Below, one piece after another: positions 50,701-62,713 of a DNA stretch of 64,000 bases (positions within the stretch are counted from its first letter, which is position 1; the number at the start of each line of letters is the position of its first letter). A program made the translations under genes and the position numbers. The stretch lies in the NCBI RefSeq assembly GCF_964194155.1, contig NC_135894.1, positions 13,764,001-13,828,000 on the forward strand, written 5' to 3'. Under the pieces are notes generated by a model. That model ran no database searches. It saw only the letters and a list, made by a program, of their open reading frames with translations, and was not told where the DNA came from. Source of the DNA: Cetorhinus maximus. Lineage: Eukaryota.

Positions 50701-52631
50701 CACAGCAAGTGATGAAAGTGAAAGCAGCCAGGAAGGCTGCAGCTCAGAATCTTGTTGTGGGGGAGAGATAGAGTGCTAGTCCTGTTACCAGTACTGGGTG
50801 ACTTATTAAAGGCAAGGTTTAGTGGGCCTTCCAGGATTGAAAAGAAATTGAGTGAAGTAAATTATTTAATAAATACTCCAGATAGAAGCAGAGCGTGTGT
50901 CATGTAAATATGCTTAAAAGGTACTTTGACAGGGAAGAGGACCAAAAGGAGGTGTTAGTGGTGGTAGATAATGAGAAGGAGGTAGAAATGCAGGATACTG
51001 AAATTGATTTTCCTTTAATCAAGTTGGATAATGAGGGGGTGCTTGAAAACTTAAATGTAATATTGAGTTACCTTCCAGACAAGCGTCAAAGTGATTTGGA
51101 AAAACTATTACAGTCACACAGTTATTTGTGGACATAAGTTGGGGGGGACAGATTTAGCTATACATGATGTCTCTGTAGAAGTTTCATCTTTGATAAGGCA
51201 ACATCCTTATGGGTTAAATCCAGCAAAGTTATCACAAGTACAGAAAGAAATTGTCTTAATGCTTCAAAATAATATTGTTGAGTCCAGTTGCAGTAACTGG
51301 AGTTTGCCTATTGTACTGGTACTGAAACTGGATGGAAGACGAAGATTTTGTGTAGACTATTGAAAGGTGAATGCGGTGACAAAAGTGGATCCATATCCTA
51401 TACCATGGTTGGAGGATTCTGTCGAGAAAGTGGGACAATCAAAATTTATCACAAAGATTGACTTGCTAAAAGGATACTAGCAAGTACTGTTATCGGAGAA
51501 AGAAAAGGAGATGTTGGCCTTTGTGACCCCGAATGGACTATGTCAGTTTAAAGTTATGCCATTTGGTATGAAGAGTGCAGCTGCGATATTTCAAAGATTG
51601 ATAAACAAAGTAATTGCAGTCTAGGCAATTGTGCTGTTTATATTGATGACTTGATAGTTTTCAGTCCTATGTGGGAGGAGCATTTACAACATCTGGAAGA
51701 ATTATTTACTCAATTACAAGAAGCTAATTTGGTGATGAACTTGGCTAAAAGTGAATTTGCAAAAGTGCAAGTTATGTATTTAGGCCATACCATCGGATAT
51801 GGTATGGTGGCTCCGAGAGATGTGAAAGTCAAATCTATTGTGGATTTGCCAGTGCCTACAACAAAATGAGAAGTTTTGAGACTTCTGGGCATGTGTGGGT
51901 TTTACTGGAAATTTGTACCAAATTTTAGTGTGGTTGTTCCACTGACTGCAACTTCTTGTTCTTTAATAGTTCAATGGACACACGAGTGTTAGAAGGCATT
52001 TGACAGTTTGAAAAATGTATTAACTATGGCACCAGTTTTTGGGCAGCACCCAATTATGTCAATCATTTTAAGTTGGCTGTTGATACAAGTGATATAGGCA
52101 TTGGGGCTGTACTATTACAAGATGATGACACTGGAATTGAAAAACTGATAGGGTATTTTTCACAGAAGTTGAATGCACAACAAAGATATTCAATGATTGA
52201 AAAGGAGATGTTGTGTTTGGTGTTAGCATTGCAGCATGTTGAAATCTATGTGGAAAATGATTGTTTATACAGACCACAATCCTTTTAATGTTGCTGGACA
52301 CATTTCGAGACAGAAGTGCAAGGCTATTCAGATGGAGTCTATTACTGCAACTATTCAGTCTACAGATTATACATGTTGTTGGTAGAGAAAATCTGTTTGC
52401 AGATGCATTGTCAAGAGTTTGAAGCTTAAAGGGAAAATTGGACACTTAAACCCTGGACACTGAATTTGAATGATTTCTGTTGATACGAGGAATTAGTTAT
52501 GTTAATGCGTGCAGCTGGTAATGTAATAGAGTAAGTATATAGGTAAGTATAGGAGGTAGTGTAAGGTGGGTTGATAAAAACGAAGCTGTCTCTTGGAATT
52601 ATGACGGTTCATTCCTTGATAAGGAGGGGGA

Positions 52632-53486
52632 TGTCAAGAAGATATAATAATGCCTATAATGTTATTGAAAATTATTTTAAAGTAGAGTTCTAGTGGTGTC
52701 TGTGTCTATGTGCGTGTGTCTTAATTGGATTAAATCCAGCTGGTCTAGAGGCTTTGATGTATAGAAGAGAAGTAGCTTTGAAATGGGAAGTAGGTAAACA
52801 TAGGGAAGTTACAAGGTGAAGTGAAAAGTGAGCAATTAGTATTTTAAAATAAACCATTCAAAAGAATGGGTGAAACATTGCACCTAGCCAGAAGAAGCCA
52901 AACAATGTGTTTACTTTCTCTAAAACTTATTAATAAAATTGGTGTTATAAAAGGGTTTTATTGTTCGAAGAGGTAAAGTTCAAAAAATCTAGTGGTACAA
53001 TGAGAATTTGCATTCAAAGAGGAAAATATGTATAAAGGAAGAGAAGGCTGTTGGTAAAAGAAGAGGGATTCTAAGATCTAAAGCCTCCAGCCTGTAAGCC
53101 TCAGGCTGCTGTCTACAAGGATCCAGAGCTGAAAGAAACTCATTTTGAATGCAACTGTCCAGAGTGTGCTTTGCCAGGTGCCTGTTTAATTCTGTGTCTT
53201 ACAGTTGCCTTAATGGAATTGTAACTGACAGCCAGATTAATTAGGGGATTTTTTAAGAAGTTATTATTGTAGTAATTTGTAGACCTATGTATGTGCTTAC
53301 ATTCTTTTAATTAATATTTAATTTAGTTTTATAAAAACCTCTTGAGACTCCAGTGGTGTTATTATAACTGAATTCAAAGCCTGCATCTTGAAACATACAA
53401 ATTGCAAAAATTGGATATGATAGTTGTTTCAAGTGTCCCTCTGGGATTTGAACAACTCAGCATTTACCACCGGCTGTGTCATAGCA
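52632..53486 (+). repeat. 3' LTR
   Basis: Begins TGTC directly after the polypurine tract aaggaggggga (52621-52631) and ends ..tgtcatagCA. Confidence 0.9.
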
Positions 53487-54514
53487 GAAAAGTGAAATTG
53501 AATGGATTGTAAAAGTGGCAAGTAAATTGCTAGAATAATCTCAACTTTGCATTTAAAGCACAATAGCTAGTTCAAAATTTTAACAGTTGCTGCAGATTTT
53601 CAAAAAGGTGTCCTTAATGGTGTAACACTGCTCAATATATACTTTCAAGTAGCATATATACTTTTTGATTGCATGGGTTTAATTTTGAAGTTGATGCAGG
53701 TAATTGCGTGAAGCATTACCAACGTAATCAGCTTTCTGCTTAAATAATGTGAGTTCAGAGAAGAGAACTAACAATATCAAAGTATTTTTAACAAGGCTAG
53801 ACATGTGTATACGTGTTCCACATGTGCTTTCTGACTGCCTTTTCTATTATCGCATGTTTGCTGTTAAGATGTTTTGTTTCTCACTTTTGTGCTTCATCTC
53901 ATTCTGCTTGGTCTCTGCTTGTCGATCCACTTCTCCAGATTTCATAATACCTGCTGCTCTAGAAATGACTTCATAGAGCAGTTCTACTCATACTTTGTGT
54001 CACTGCAAAGCAACTTCGACATCTGAACGGTGCAACATGTGCTTCAATATTAATGTTAAATAAACATTCAGACAATCCACTGGACTGCCTTTAAAGCTAT
54101 AATGGTAATAAAGAGGCCCTTCACTAACATTAGGATTCTACCAAGCAGCACCCTGTGCCTTTATTTAACCATATGTGTGTAGATTCTGCTTAATCAGGCA
54201 GTGCAGCTTTAGTGGAGCCAGCCCACATTGCGCTCAGTATTGTGTTGGTGCAAAACAAGCAGGTGCAATACAGCTGGTTCACAATGTCTTTAGTTTCAAA
54301 GATCACTTAAAAGGAAAAGAAAAGAAAGAGATATGGTAACATGGGATTAAGATCACTGCTCGTGAAGTACATTGCAGATGTGAGCTACAGCTCAATAGAA
54401 CTCAATTGGAAAATAGCAGTGGGCTTAGAGTGAGCTGCACTATTGGAAACCCTTTAAAAACAAAGATGAATATTCACTACCTTATTACAATCATTATCCT
54501 CCAGGGTAAAGGAC

Positions 54515-56080
54515 ATCCCCTTGGGGCTGAAGAGGAACTTGGAGTATGAGGGGAAGGATTCAGTTGTCATGGTCCACGTGGGTACCAACAACATTGGTAG
54601 GACTAAGAAAGAGGTTTTGTTGAGGGTGTATGATGGGGGCTAAATTTTAAAGTAGAATGCCAAAGGTAATAATCTCTGGATTATTATCTGAGCCACAAAC
54701 AAATTTGCATAGGGTAAATAAGATCAGAGTTGAATATGTGGCTCAAAGATTGGTGTGGGAGAAATGGGTTTCAATTCAATGGACACTGGCACCAGTACTA
54801 GGGAAAGAGAGAGCTGTACCATTGGGATGTCCTTTACCTGAACTGTGCTGGGACCATGTCATGGTGAGCCGTATAACTAGAGCTGTAAAGACAACTTTAA
54901 ACTAAATAAAGGGTGGGAGGGTTCAAGTGAGGGGAGATTTGTAAAGTTAAAGAGAAAGAACAAGGCAATATTGTTACCCAGTAATAATAACCAGAGTGTG
55001 ACAGGAAGGAGCAGAACATACAGACAAAAGAGTGGACCAACAAATAATGTCATAGTTGAGAAAAATGGTAAAAAGACAGAATTACAGGCTTTTTATCGGA
55101 ACACAGGCAGCATTTAGATCTGGTAATATGTAATGAGACAGGATTAATTAATGACCTCATAATAAAGAATACTCCAGGTAAATGATCATAACATTATAGA
55201 ATTTCACATTCAGTTTGAGGGTGAGAAATGTGGTTCTAATACTAGTGTCATGAAATTACAAGAGTGTAAAAATAGAGTTGGCTAAAGTGGATTGGGAAGG
55301 TAGGTTAAAAGGTAAGACATTGGAGAAGCAGTGGCTGGCATTTAAGGGGATATTACATAACTTTCAAAAAAGGTATATTCCATTTTGAAAGAGAGACTGT
55401 ACAAGAAAAATGCACCATCACTAATGGGGCTAAATGCTGACAAGTCACCTGGACCTGATAGCCTGCATGCTAGCAAATTAAAAGATGTGGCTGCAGAGAT
55501 AGTGGATGCATTGGTTGTAATTTTTGAAAATTCCCTAGATTTTTGTAAAGGTTTCAGCAGATTGGAAAACCACAAATGTAACAGTGCTCTACTCAGGATC
55601 AGAGGTAGGCAGAAAGCAGGAAACTATAGGCCAGTTAGCCTAACATCTGTCATTGGGAAAATGTGAGAATTTGTTATTAAGGAAGTAGTAATAGGATATT
55701 TTGAAAATCTTAATATAATAAAGGAAGAGCCAATGGGGTTTTGTGAAAGACAAAATTTATTAGTTATTTGAGTATGTAGCAGGCAGGGTGGATAAAAGGT
55801 TACCAGTAGGTGTATTTGGCTTTCCAAAAGGAATTGGATAAGGTGCCGCATAAAAGGCACACAATAAGAGCTCATGGTGTTGGGGGTGATCAGTTCACAT
55901 GCGTAGAGGATTGGCTAACTAACTGGAAATGAGGATAAATGGGTCTTTCAGGTTGGCAAACTGTAGCTAGTGGAGTTGCACAGGGATCAGTGCTGGAACC
56001 TCAAATACTTACAATCTATATTAATGACTGGGATGAATGGATCGACTATTCTAGATAAATTTGCTGATACAAAGATTGCA
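54515..56080 (+). mobile_element. CR1 LINE with large internal deletions
   Basis: ORF1 esterase remnant (VHVGTNNIG, PKVIISGLL), then DKSPGPDSLH..GNYRPVSLTSVIGK and QGSVLEP. Confidence 0.85.
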
Positions 56081-56094
56081 AGGTGATAATCAGA

Positions 56095-56700
56095 CGTGAT
56101 TATCCTTTCCAAATCCATGTTGGCTCTCACAAATCAGCTCAAATTTGTCTAAATGCTGTCCTTAATTATAGATTCAATTCACTTCCCCACAACAGATGTT
56201 AGACTAACAAACCTGTAATTTCCTGGTTTCTCTCACCTCTTTTAATTTTCTAATCTAGAGGGGCAATGACTGAATCAAAGGAGCTTTGAAAAATTATGGC
56301 TAAAGCATCTGCAAATTCCTCACCCACTTCCTTTGAAAGCCTAGTCTAGAACCATTAGGTCCTGGCAATTTATCAGTCTTTACTGTCATTATTTTCTCTA
56401 ATAGTGTCTTCTTCCTAATGTTAACCTTAATGTGTTCCAGTCATTGATTCATTATTAATTTCCCTGGAATATTATTATATATTATCCACTTCCTCTACTG
56501 TGACACAGAGTCAACAAGGCTTCCGTTTCTTTATTTTTACTTATAGTATTACCTATATCTGCTTTTGAAGAGCCTATGTTACCCTTAACTGTTCTTTTTC
56601 TTCTAGTATAATTAAGAAAGCCTTTTGTGTTAAACTTGATATACCTTGCAAGTTTATTTTCATATTCCTTTCTGCAGCTCTTACTGTTATTTTGCCTTCC
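56095..56700 (-). mobile_element. CR1 fragment in opposite orientation
   Basis: acagatgttagactaacaaacctgtaatttcctgg is the reverse of GNYRxVSLTSV. Confidence 0.75.
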
Positions 56701-56704
56701 TTTG

Positions 56705-59070
56705 GAGCTCTGTCTTCACTGAGGAAGATACAAGAAATCTCCCAGAATTAGACATCCAAGGGGCTAGGGAGAATAAGGAATTGAAGGAAATTAGTACGAA
56801 GGCGGTGTTGGAGAAATTAATGGGACTTAAGGTTGGTAAGTCCCCGGGATCTGCTATTCTACATCCCACAGTGTTGAAAGAGGTAGCTATGGAGACAGTG
56901 GATTCATTGGTGATCATCATCCAAAATTCTATAGATCCTGGAACAGTTCCAGATTGGAAGAAAGCAAATGTCACCCCACTATTTAAGAAGGGAGCGAGAG
57001 AGAAACAGGGATCTACAGACCTGTTAGGCTTACATCAGTAGTAGGGAAAAAGCTATAATCTATTATAAAGGATGTGATAAATGGTCACTTGGATAATAAT
57101 GATCTGATTGGGCATAGTCAACATGGATTTATGAATGGGAAATCATGTTTGATGAACCTGTTGGAGTTTTTTTGGGGATATTACTAAAGGAGAGCTGGTG
57201 GATGTAGTTTACTGGATTTTCAGGAGGCTTTTTGTAAAGCCCCCGCAGGAGATTGGTTAGCAAGTTGAAGCACATGGGATAGCAGGTAATATACTGGCAT
57301 GGATTAAGGATTGGGTAACAGCCAGAAAACAGAGTAGGAATAAACGGGTCATTGTTGTGTTAGCAGGCTGTGACTAGTGGGGTACTGCAAGGATCAGTAT
57401 TTGGGCCCCAGGTGTTTACAATATATATCAATGATTTGGATGTGGGGACAAAATGTAATATTTCCAGATTCACAGATGACACAAAGCTGGGTGGGGATGT
57501 TTGTTGTGAGGAAGGTGCAAAGCAGCTTCAATGGTATTTGGTCAGAGTTGGTGAGTGGACAACAACATGGCAGATGGAATAGATTGTGGAAAAATGTGAG
57601 GTTATTCACTATGGTAGAAGGAATGGCTATGCAGAGTATTCCTGAAATGGTAAGAGATTAGAAAGTGTAGGTGTACAAAAGGACCTGGGTGGCCTCGTCA
57701 ATAATTCACTGAAAACTAACATGCAGGTGCAGCAGGCAATTAGGAAGGCTAATGTTATGTTGGCCTTTATTGCAAGAGGGTTTGAGTATAGGAGTAGCAA
57801 AGTCTTGTTTCAATTGTATAGAACCTTGGTGCGACCACACCTGGGGCAGGATTTTCAGCTTGGCGTGTGGGTGCGCACCTGTTACGCATGAGCATGAAAT
57901 AGCGCGCCCTGATGCCGGGCAAGTGTCCCGATGTCATCGCGCACTTGCGCGATATTTCGATCGGTGAGCGCACACGGGAGTCAGCAGTGTGCGTGCTGAC
58001 AATTAAGAGGGCTGTGAAGCCCGTTAATCAGTGAATTAAAGTGAAATTTTCCCTGCCCGTCCAACCTTATGGTTGGTGGGCGGGCGAATAGGCCAAGCTG
58101 CCTTTGCATTTTTTGTGAAGCCTCATCCATGGGCGGGATGAGGTTTTGAGCAGTGATTTAAAAAAAAAAAAAAAATTTTTTTAAATTCATTTTTAACATG
58201 TCCCTGCTCATGTGACAGAGTCATACGAGGGGACATGTTTTCCTTATTTTTGAAATCTTTATTTTTAATGTTAAAATTTTTCAGGTCCCTGCAGCAGCTC
58301 TCTGCTTCAGGGGAGCTTTCACTGAGCACATCCCTGTGCATACACCCACTTCAGCGCTCGTGCTCCTCCCACCCCCACCCAGGCAGCGCTGTGGTTATCA
58401 GCACACATTTCACACTGGCTGGCCGTTAATTGACCAGCCAGCATGAAATCGCGGTCGGGGCCTGATCACAGGTGACGAACCATTGCACGGCCACTCTGGA
58501 GCCCGCCGCTGCTCCTGCCCGATGAGGTAAGAATTCTACCCCTGGAGTACTGTGTGCAGTTTTGGTCTCCTTACCTGAGAAAGGATATTATGACCATAGA
58601 GGGAATGTAACAGAAATTCACCAGACTTGTTCCTGGGATGGCGGGACTGTCCTTTGAAGAGAGATTGGGGAAACTGGGTCTGTATTCTCTAGAGTTTTGA
58701 AGAATGAGAGGTAATCTCAACCTACAAAATACTTAAAGGGATAGAAACGGTAAAGGTTTTCCCTGGTTGGGGAGTCTAGAACCAGGGGACACAATTCCAA
58801 AGTAAGGGGAAACCACTTAGGACCGAGGTGAGGAGAAATGACTCAAGGGGTTGTGAATCTTTGGAATTTTCTACCCCAGAGGGCTAAGGAAGCTCAGTCG
58901 TTGAATATGTTTAAAGCAGAGATTGGTATTTAGAAATCTTGTCAATGACATGAAGGGATACGGGGATACTGTGCAGGGGAAAAACGTTGAAGTGGATGAT
59001 CAGCCATGATCGTATTGAATGGCGGAGCAGACACGACAGACTGAATGGCCTCCTCCTGCTCCTATGTTCT
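56705..59070 (+). mobile_element. CR1 LINE RT and 3' end, interrupted by a MITE
   Basis: SVFTEED, KSPG, DWKKANVTPLFKKG and SGVLQGSVFGPQVFTIYINDLD..FTDDTKLGG. Confidence 0.9.
57844..58541. mobile_element. Harbinger-type MITE with CTG TSD
   Basis: TIRs gggcaggatttt and agaattctaccc; TSD ctg at 57841-57843 and 58542-58544. Excision restores the CR1 sequence ccacacctggagtactgtgtgcag. Confidence 0.9.
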
Positions 59071-59219
59071 GTATATCATTTAAAACTTACCTCTTAAACC
59101 AAACTTTTGGCCATATGCCCTAACATCTACATTATCCAGTAATCATGTTGCAAAACTCAACACAGATCATCAGAGTTGAAGATCATTTGAACACAAGCCA
59201 CACCAAATGTCTACACTTC

Positions 59220-60245
59220 AGATTGGAGGAAGGTTTGTAGTGGAGTTCCCCAGGGGTCAGTGTTGGGACCCTTGCTCTTCCTGAAATATGTTAGTGACCT
59301 AGGCCGTGGTTTTTGAGGCATGATTTCAAAATTTGCAGATGATACGAAGATTGGAAATGTTGTCAACTGCGATGAGGATAGTCGTGAACTTCAAAAGGAC
59401 ATAGATATGTTGGTGGATTGGGCAGACAAATGGCAGATGAAGCTCAATGCAGAGAAGTGTGAGGTGATTCATTTTGGCAGGAAGAATATGGAGAGACAGA
59501 ATAAAATAAAGAGAGAAACTCTAAAGCAGGTGTAGGAACAGAGGAACCTCAGTGTATATGTACATAAGTCATTGAAGGTGGCAGGGCATGTTGAGAGAGC
59601 AGTTAATAAAGCATATGTATCTTAGGCATTTATTAATAGGGACATTAACTACAAGAGTAAGGAGGTCATATTGAATCTGTATAAGACACTAGTTAGGCCT
59701 AATTGAGAGTACTGTGTCTAGTTCTGGACGCTATACTTGAGGAACGATGTGAAGGCCTTGAAGAGAGTACAGAGGAGATTCACAAGAATGATTCAGGGAT
59801 AAAGAACTGCAGCTATGAGGATAGATTGAAGAGGTTGGGACTGTTTTCACTGGAGAAAAGAAGTGCTGAGCGAAGACTTGATAGAGGTATTCAAGATCCT
59901 GAGGGGTATGGACAGGATAAATAGTGAGAAACTGTTCCCACTCGAGAGCATCAAGAACTAGAGGGCACAGATTCAAATAATTGGCAAAAGGAGTAAATGT
60001 GATGTGAGGAAATTTTTTTTCACCCAGAGGGTGGTTGGAGTCTGGAACAAACTTCCTGAGAGGGTGGTGGAGGCAGGTTCGATTGAGGTATTCAAAAGGG
60101 ATTTGTATTGCTATCTGAAAAGAGAGAATGTGCAAGGTTACGGGGATAAGCAGGGGAGTGGGACAAGGTAGAATGCTCTTTCAGAGACCCAGTGAAGACT
60201 CGATGTTCTGAATGGCCTCCTTCTGCATTGTAAAGATTCTGTGAC
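59220..60245 (+). mobile_element. CR1 LINE 3' portion
   Basis: GVPQGSVLGPLLFL, ISKFADDTKIG..WADKWQMKLNAEKCEVIHFG and SYEDRLKRLGLFSLEKR. Confidence 0.92.
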
Positions 60246-60848
60246 TTAAAATCTTTGAATCTTTTTCATCCGAAATTTGACTATGCTGAATTATGCCCAT
60301 GAAATCTTGAATGATGTTACAGAGTAGTAGAGATTAAAAAGTAGAAGGAAGCCATTTGGCCCAATATAGCTATTTGGTACTAGCTTTTCTTTTACTGGAG
60401 CTATCTACTGTTTTTTAATTTCTCTGCTCTTTTCCAGGATCCTTTTACACTTTTAGCTTTCAAATTCCAGTAACCTTGAGAAAATATTTCTGTTATTTTC
60501 CCCTTTCTTTCTTCCAGTTCATAACAATGAGTATATTCTCCCTTTGCTCCCAATTCACCAAATATTGAAAACAGTCCTTCATAATTACTTCCTCCAAACT
60601 TTTAATAATTTTTGAAAATATCAACTAGGTTCCAAGTTAACTAACCCTAATTTTTTTCACCTTGCTTCATAATTGTCCTCTCATTACTGGTATCATTCTA
60701 GTTAACCTTTTATGTTGTGTGCTTTCTCTGGCTGATTGTGGTCAACCAATTCCTAAAGGAGACGGGAAGTACAACACAAATAGAGGACACAGCTCTCAGC
60801 TCGGTGTGCTTTGACTTTTTTTCACGAAGTTGACTTCATGGTTTTCAT

Positions 60849-61517
60849 GGGCAGTTTATGTCCTGTAAAATCGTGCAAGATGATGTCGGACGAGCGCCCT
60901 GACATCATTGCACACTCACGCGATATTTCGCTTGGCGGGCACGTGCAAAATTCGGATGCACGCCTGCCAACAATTAAGAGGACAATTAAGCCCATTAATG
61001 GCGCAATTGTCTCTGATTTTTCGTGGCCTGTCCAACCTTACAGTTGGCAGACGGGCGAATTGGCCAGGCGGCCTTTACATTTTTCATCAAACCTCATCCA
61101 AGGGTGGGATGAAATTTCCGTTATGAAATAAAATAGAAATAAATATCTGTGGACAGCAGTTTTATGAGGTATATTTTCAGGTGCTTGATTGTGATGCATG
61201 GACATCTTTTTGCAGCTTTTTAAAGCTTTATTTCACCATTTGAAAGTCTGGAGCTCCCTGAGGCAGCTGTCTGCCTTCAGGGAACTCTCTTGCAGCACTC
61301 ACCCATGTCTGCAGTGATGTCATCGCCTGCCCTCTTCCCACCCCCACCCTGGCAGTGCTTTTTTCGGATTTTCAGTGCGCATTTCACGCTGGCCGGCCGT
61401 TAATTGGCCAGCCGGCTTGAAATCACAGTTGGGGGCCGATCACGGTTGGTGGTCTGTTTCCCGGCCACTTCGGGATCTGCCGATCGCGTGTGCCCGCCAA
61501 GGGTAAAATTCAGGCCC
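60849..61517. mobile_element. Harbinger-type MITE, same family as 57844
   Basis: Shares gcgatatttcg, tccaacctta.gttgg and catttcacgctggc blocks; right TIR taaaattcaggccc; left end eroded. Confidence 0.8.
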
Positions 61518-62000
61518 ATGCTTTGCGGTCTGATTTTCACCAAGTGGATAAAACTCTCAAGGGGGGTGGTGACTAATGGAGTTTTACAGTAGAAGCCACC
61601 TACATTATTCATAAATGATCCTGAAGAGACTGCGCTTAAAGTATTCCAACAATTGATGACCATGCCAAATATGTGACTACATATCATAAATAAACAGAAC
61701 CCAAACCATCTAGATCAATGAAACCAATGCTAAGAATAACAAACAGGTTTCAGTATCGATATAATAATGTAACTGATGCTTATGGTTACAGGAAACATTA
61801 AACATGTACATCATGAAAGAATGTCTATCAGCAGGACTGAAGAAGATAAATTATTTGGCCATGATCATAGGTCACCAATTAGGCCATATTTGGAATAGAT
61901 TTTGTTGCCCTACCTTCAAAATGAAGTTGGTGCATTGGAAAGGGTTCAGAGGAGAAAGGCAATTACAGGATATGGAGCTTTAGTTAAGAGGAAAAACTTA

Positions 62001-62130
62001 GGGCAGAAGTTTTCGCTCAGCGTGTGGGAGCGCGCCCGACCCACTCGAGCAAAGAATAGCACGTGATGACCTTGGACAAGCGTCCTGACATCATCCCGCA
62101 CTCGTGCGATATTTTGGTTGGCAGACATGG
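62001..62130. mobile_element. Left end of another MITE, interrupted by CR1
   Basis: Starts gggcagaagttttc and is homologous to 57844-57970. Confidence 0.75.
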
Positions 62131-62132
62131 AA

Positions 62133-62713
62133 AGTGAGAGGGAACTATCCTGGAACAGGCAGTCAGTAGCACTGAGAGGAGAGTGTGAGAGGAGGTCCCT
62201 GGGGTAGGCAGTCAGCAGCGCCTAGAGGAGAGTGCGAGAGGACTATCCTGGAACAGGCAGTCAGTAGCACTGAGAGGAGAGTGTGAGAGGAGGTCCCTGG
62301 GACAGGCAGTCAGCAGCACCTAGAGGAGACTGTGACAGGGGGACCCTGGGACAGGCAGTCAGCAGCACCTAGAGGAGACTGTGACAGGGGGACCCTGGGA
62401 CAGGCAGTCAGCAGCACCTAGAGGAGACTGTGACAGGGGGACCCTGGGACAGGCAGTCAGCAGTACCTAGAGGAGAGTGCGAGCGGAGGTCCCTGGGATA
62501 GGCAGTCAGCAGCACTGGAGGAGAGTGTGAGAGGAGGTCCCTGGGACAGGCAGTCAGCAGCACCTAGAGGAGAGTGCGAGCGGAGGTCCCTGGGACAGGC
62601 AGTCAGCAGTACCTAGAGGAGAGTGTGAGAGGACCATCCTGGGATAGGCAGTCAGCAGCACTGGAGGAGAATGTGAGAGGAGGTCCCTGGGGTAGGCAGT
62701 CAGCAGCACCTAG
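62133..62713 (+). repeat. 49-bp tandem minisatellite, about 12 copies
   Basis: Unit gacaggcagtcagcagcacctagaggagagtgtgagaggaggtccctgg; unit starts at 62301, 62350 and 62399. Confidence 0.92.

Larger units (their letters stand above)
46944..53486 (+). mobile_element. Gmr1-like Ty3/Gypsy LTR retrotransposon, decayed, both LTRs present
   Basis: Direct LTRs, PBS and PPT. Domains in order: gag (AYELVPEAYRRKFR, eroded CCHC ~49065), protease RDTGA ~49375, integrase 50050-50900, RT YIDD 51639-51650, RNase H ending ADALSRV* at 52422. Confidence 0.93.

Noticed and set aside
46944-53486. Endogenous retrovirus or Ty1/copia element
   Set aside because: There is no env, and the RT and RNase H motifs are Gypsy-type despite the PBS-Pro and the IN-before-RT order.
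53939-54029. Candidate internal coding exon after ctccag
   Set aside because: The donor is weak, the reading frames contain stops, and the peptide is not recognisable.
62133-62713. CRISPR-like array
   Set aside because: The units are contiguous with no unique spacers, there are no cas genes, and the context is a vertebrate LINE.
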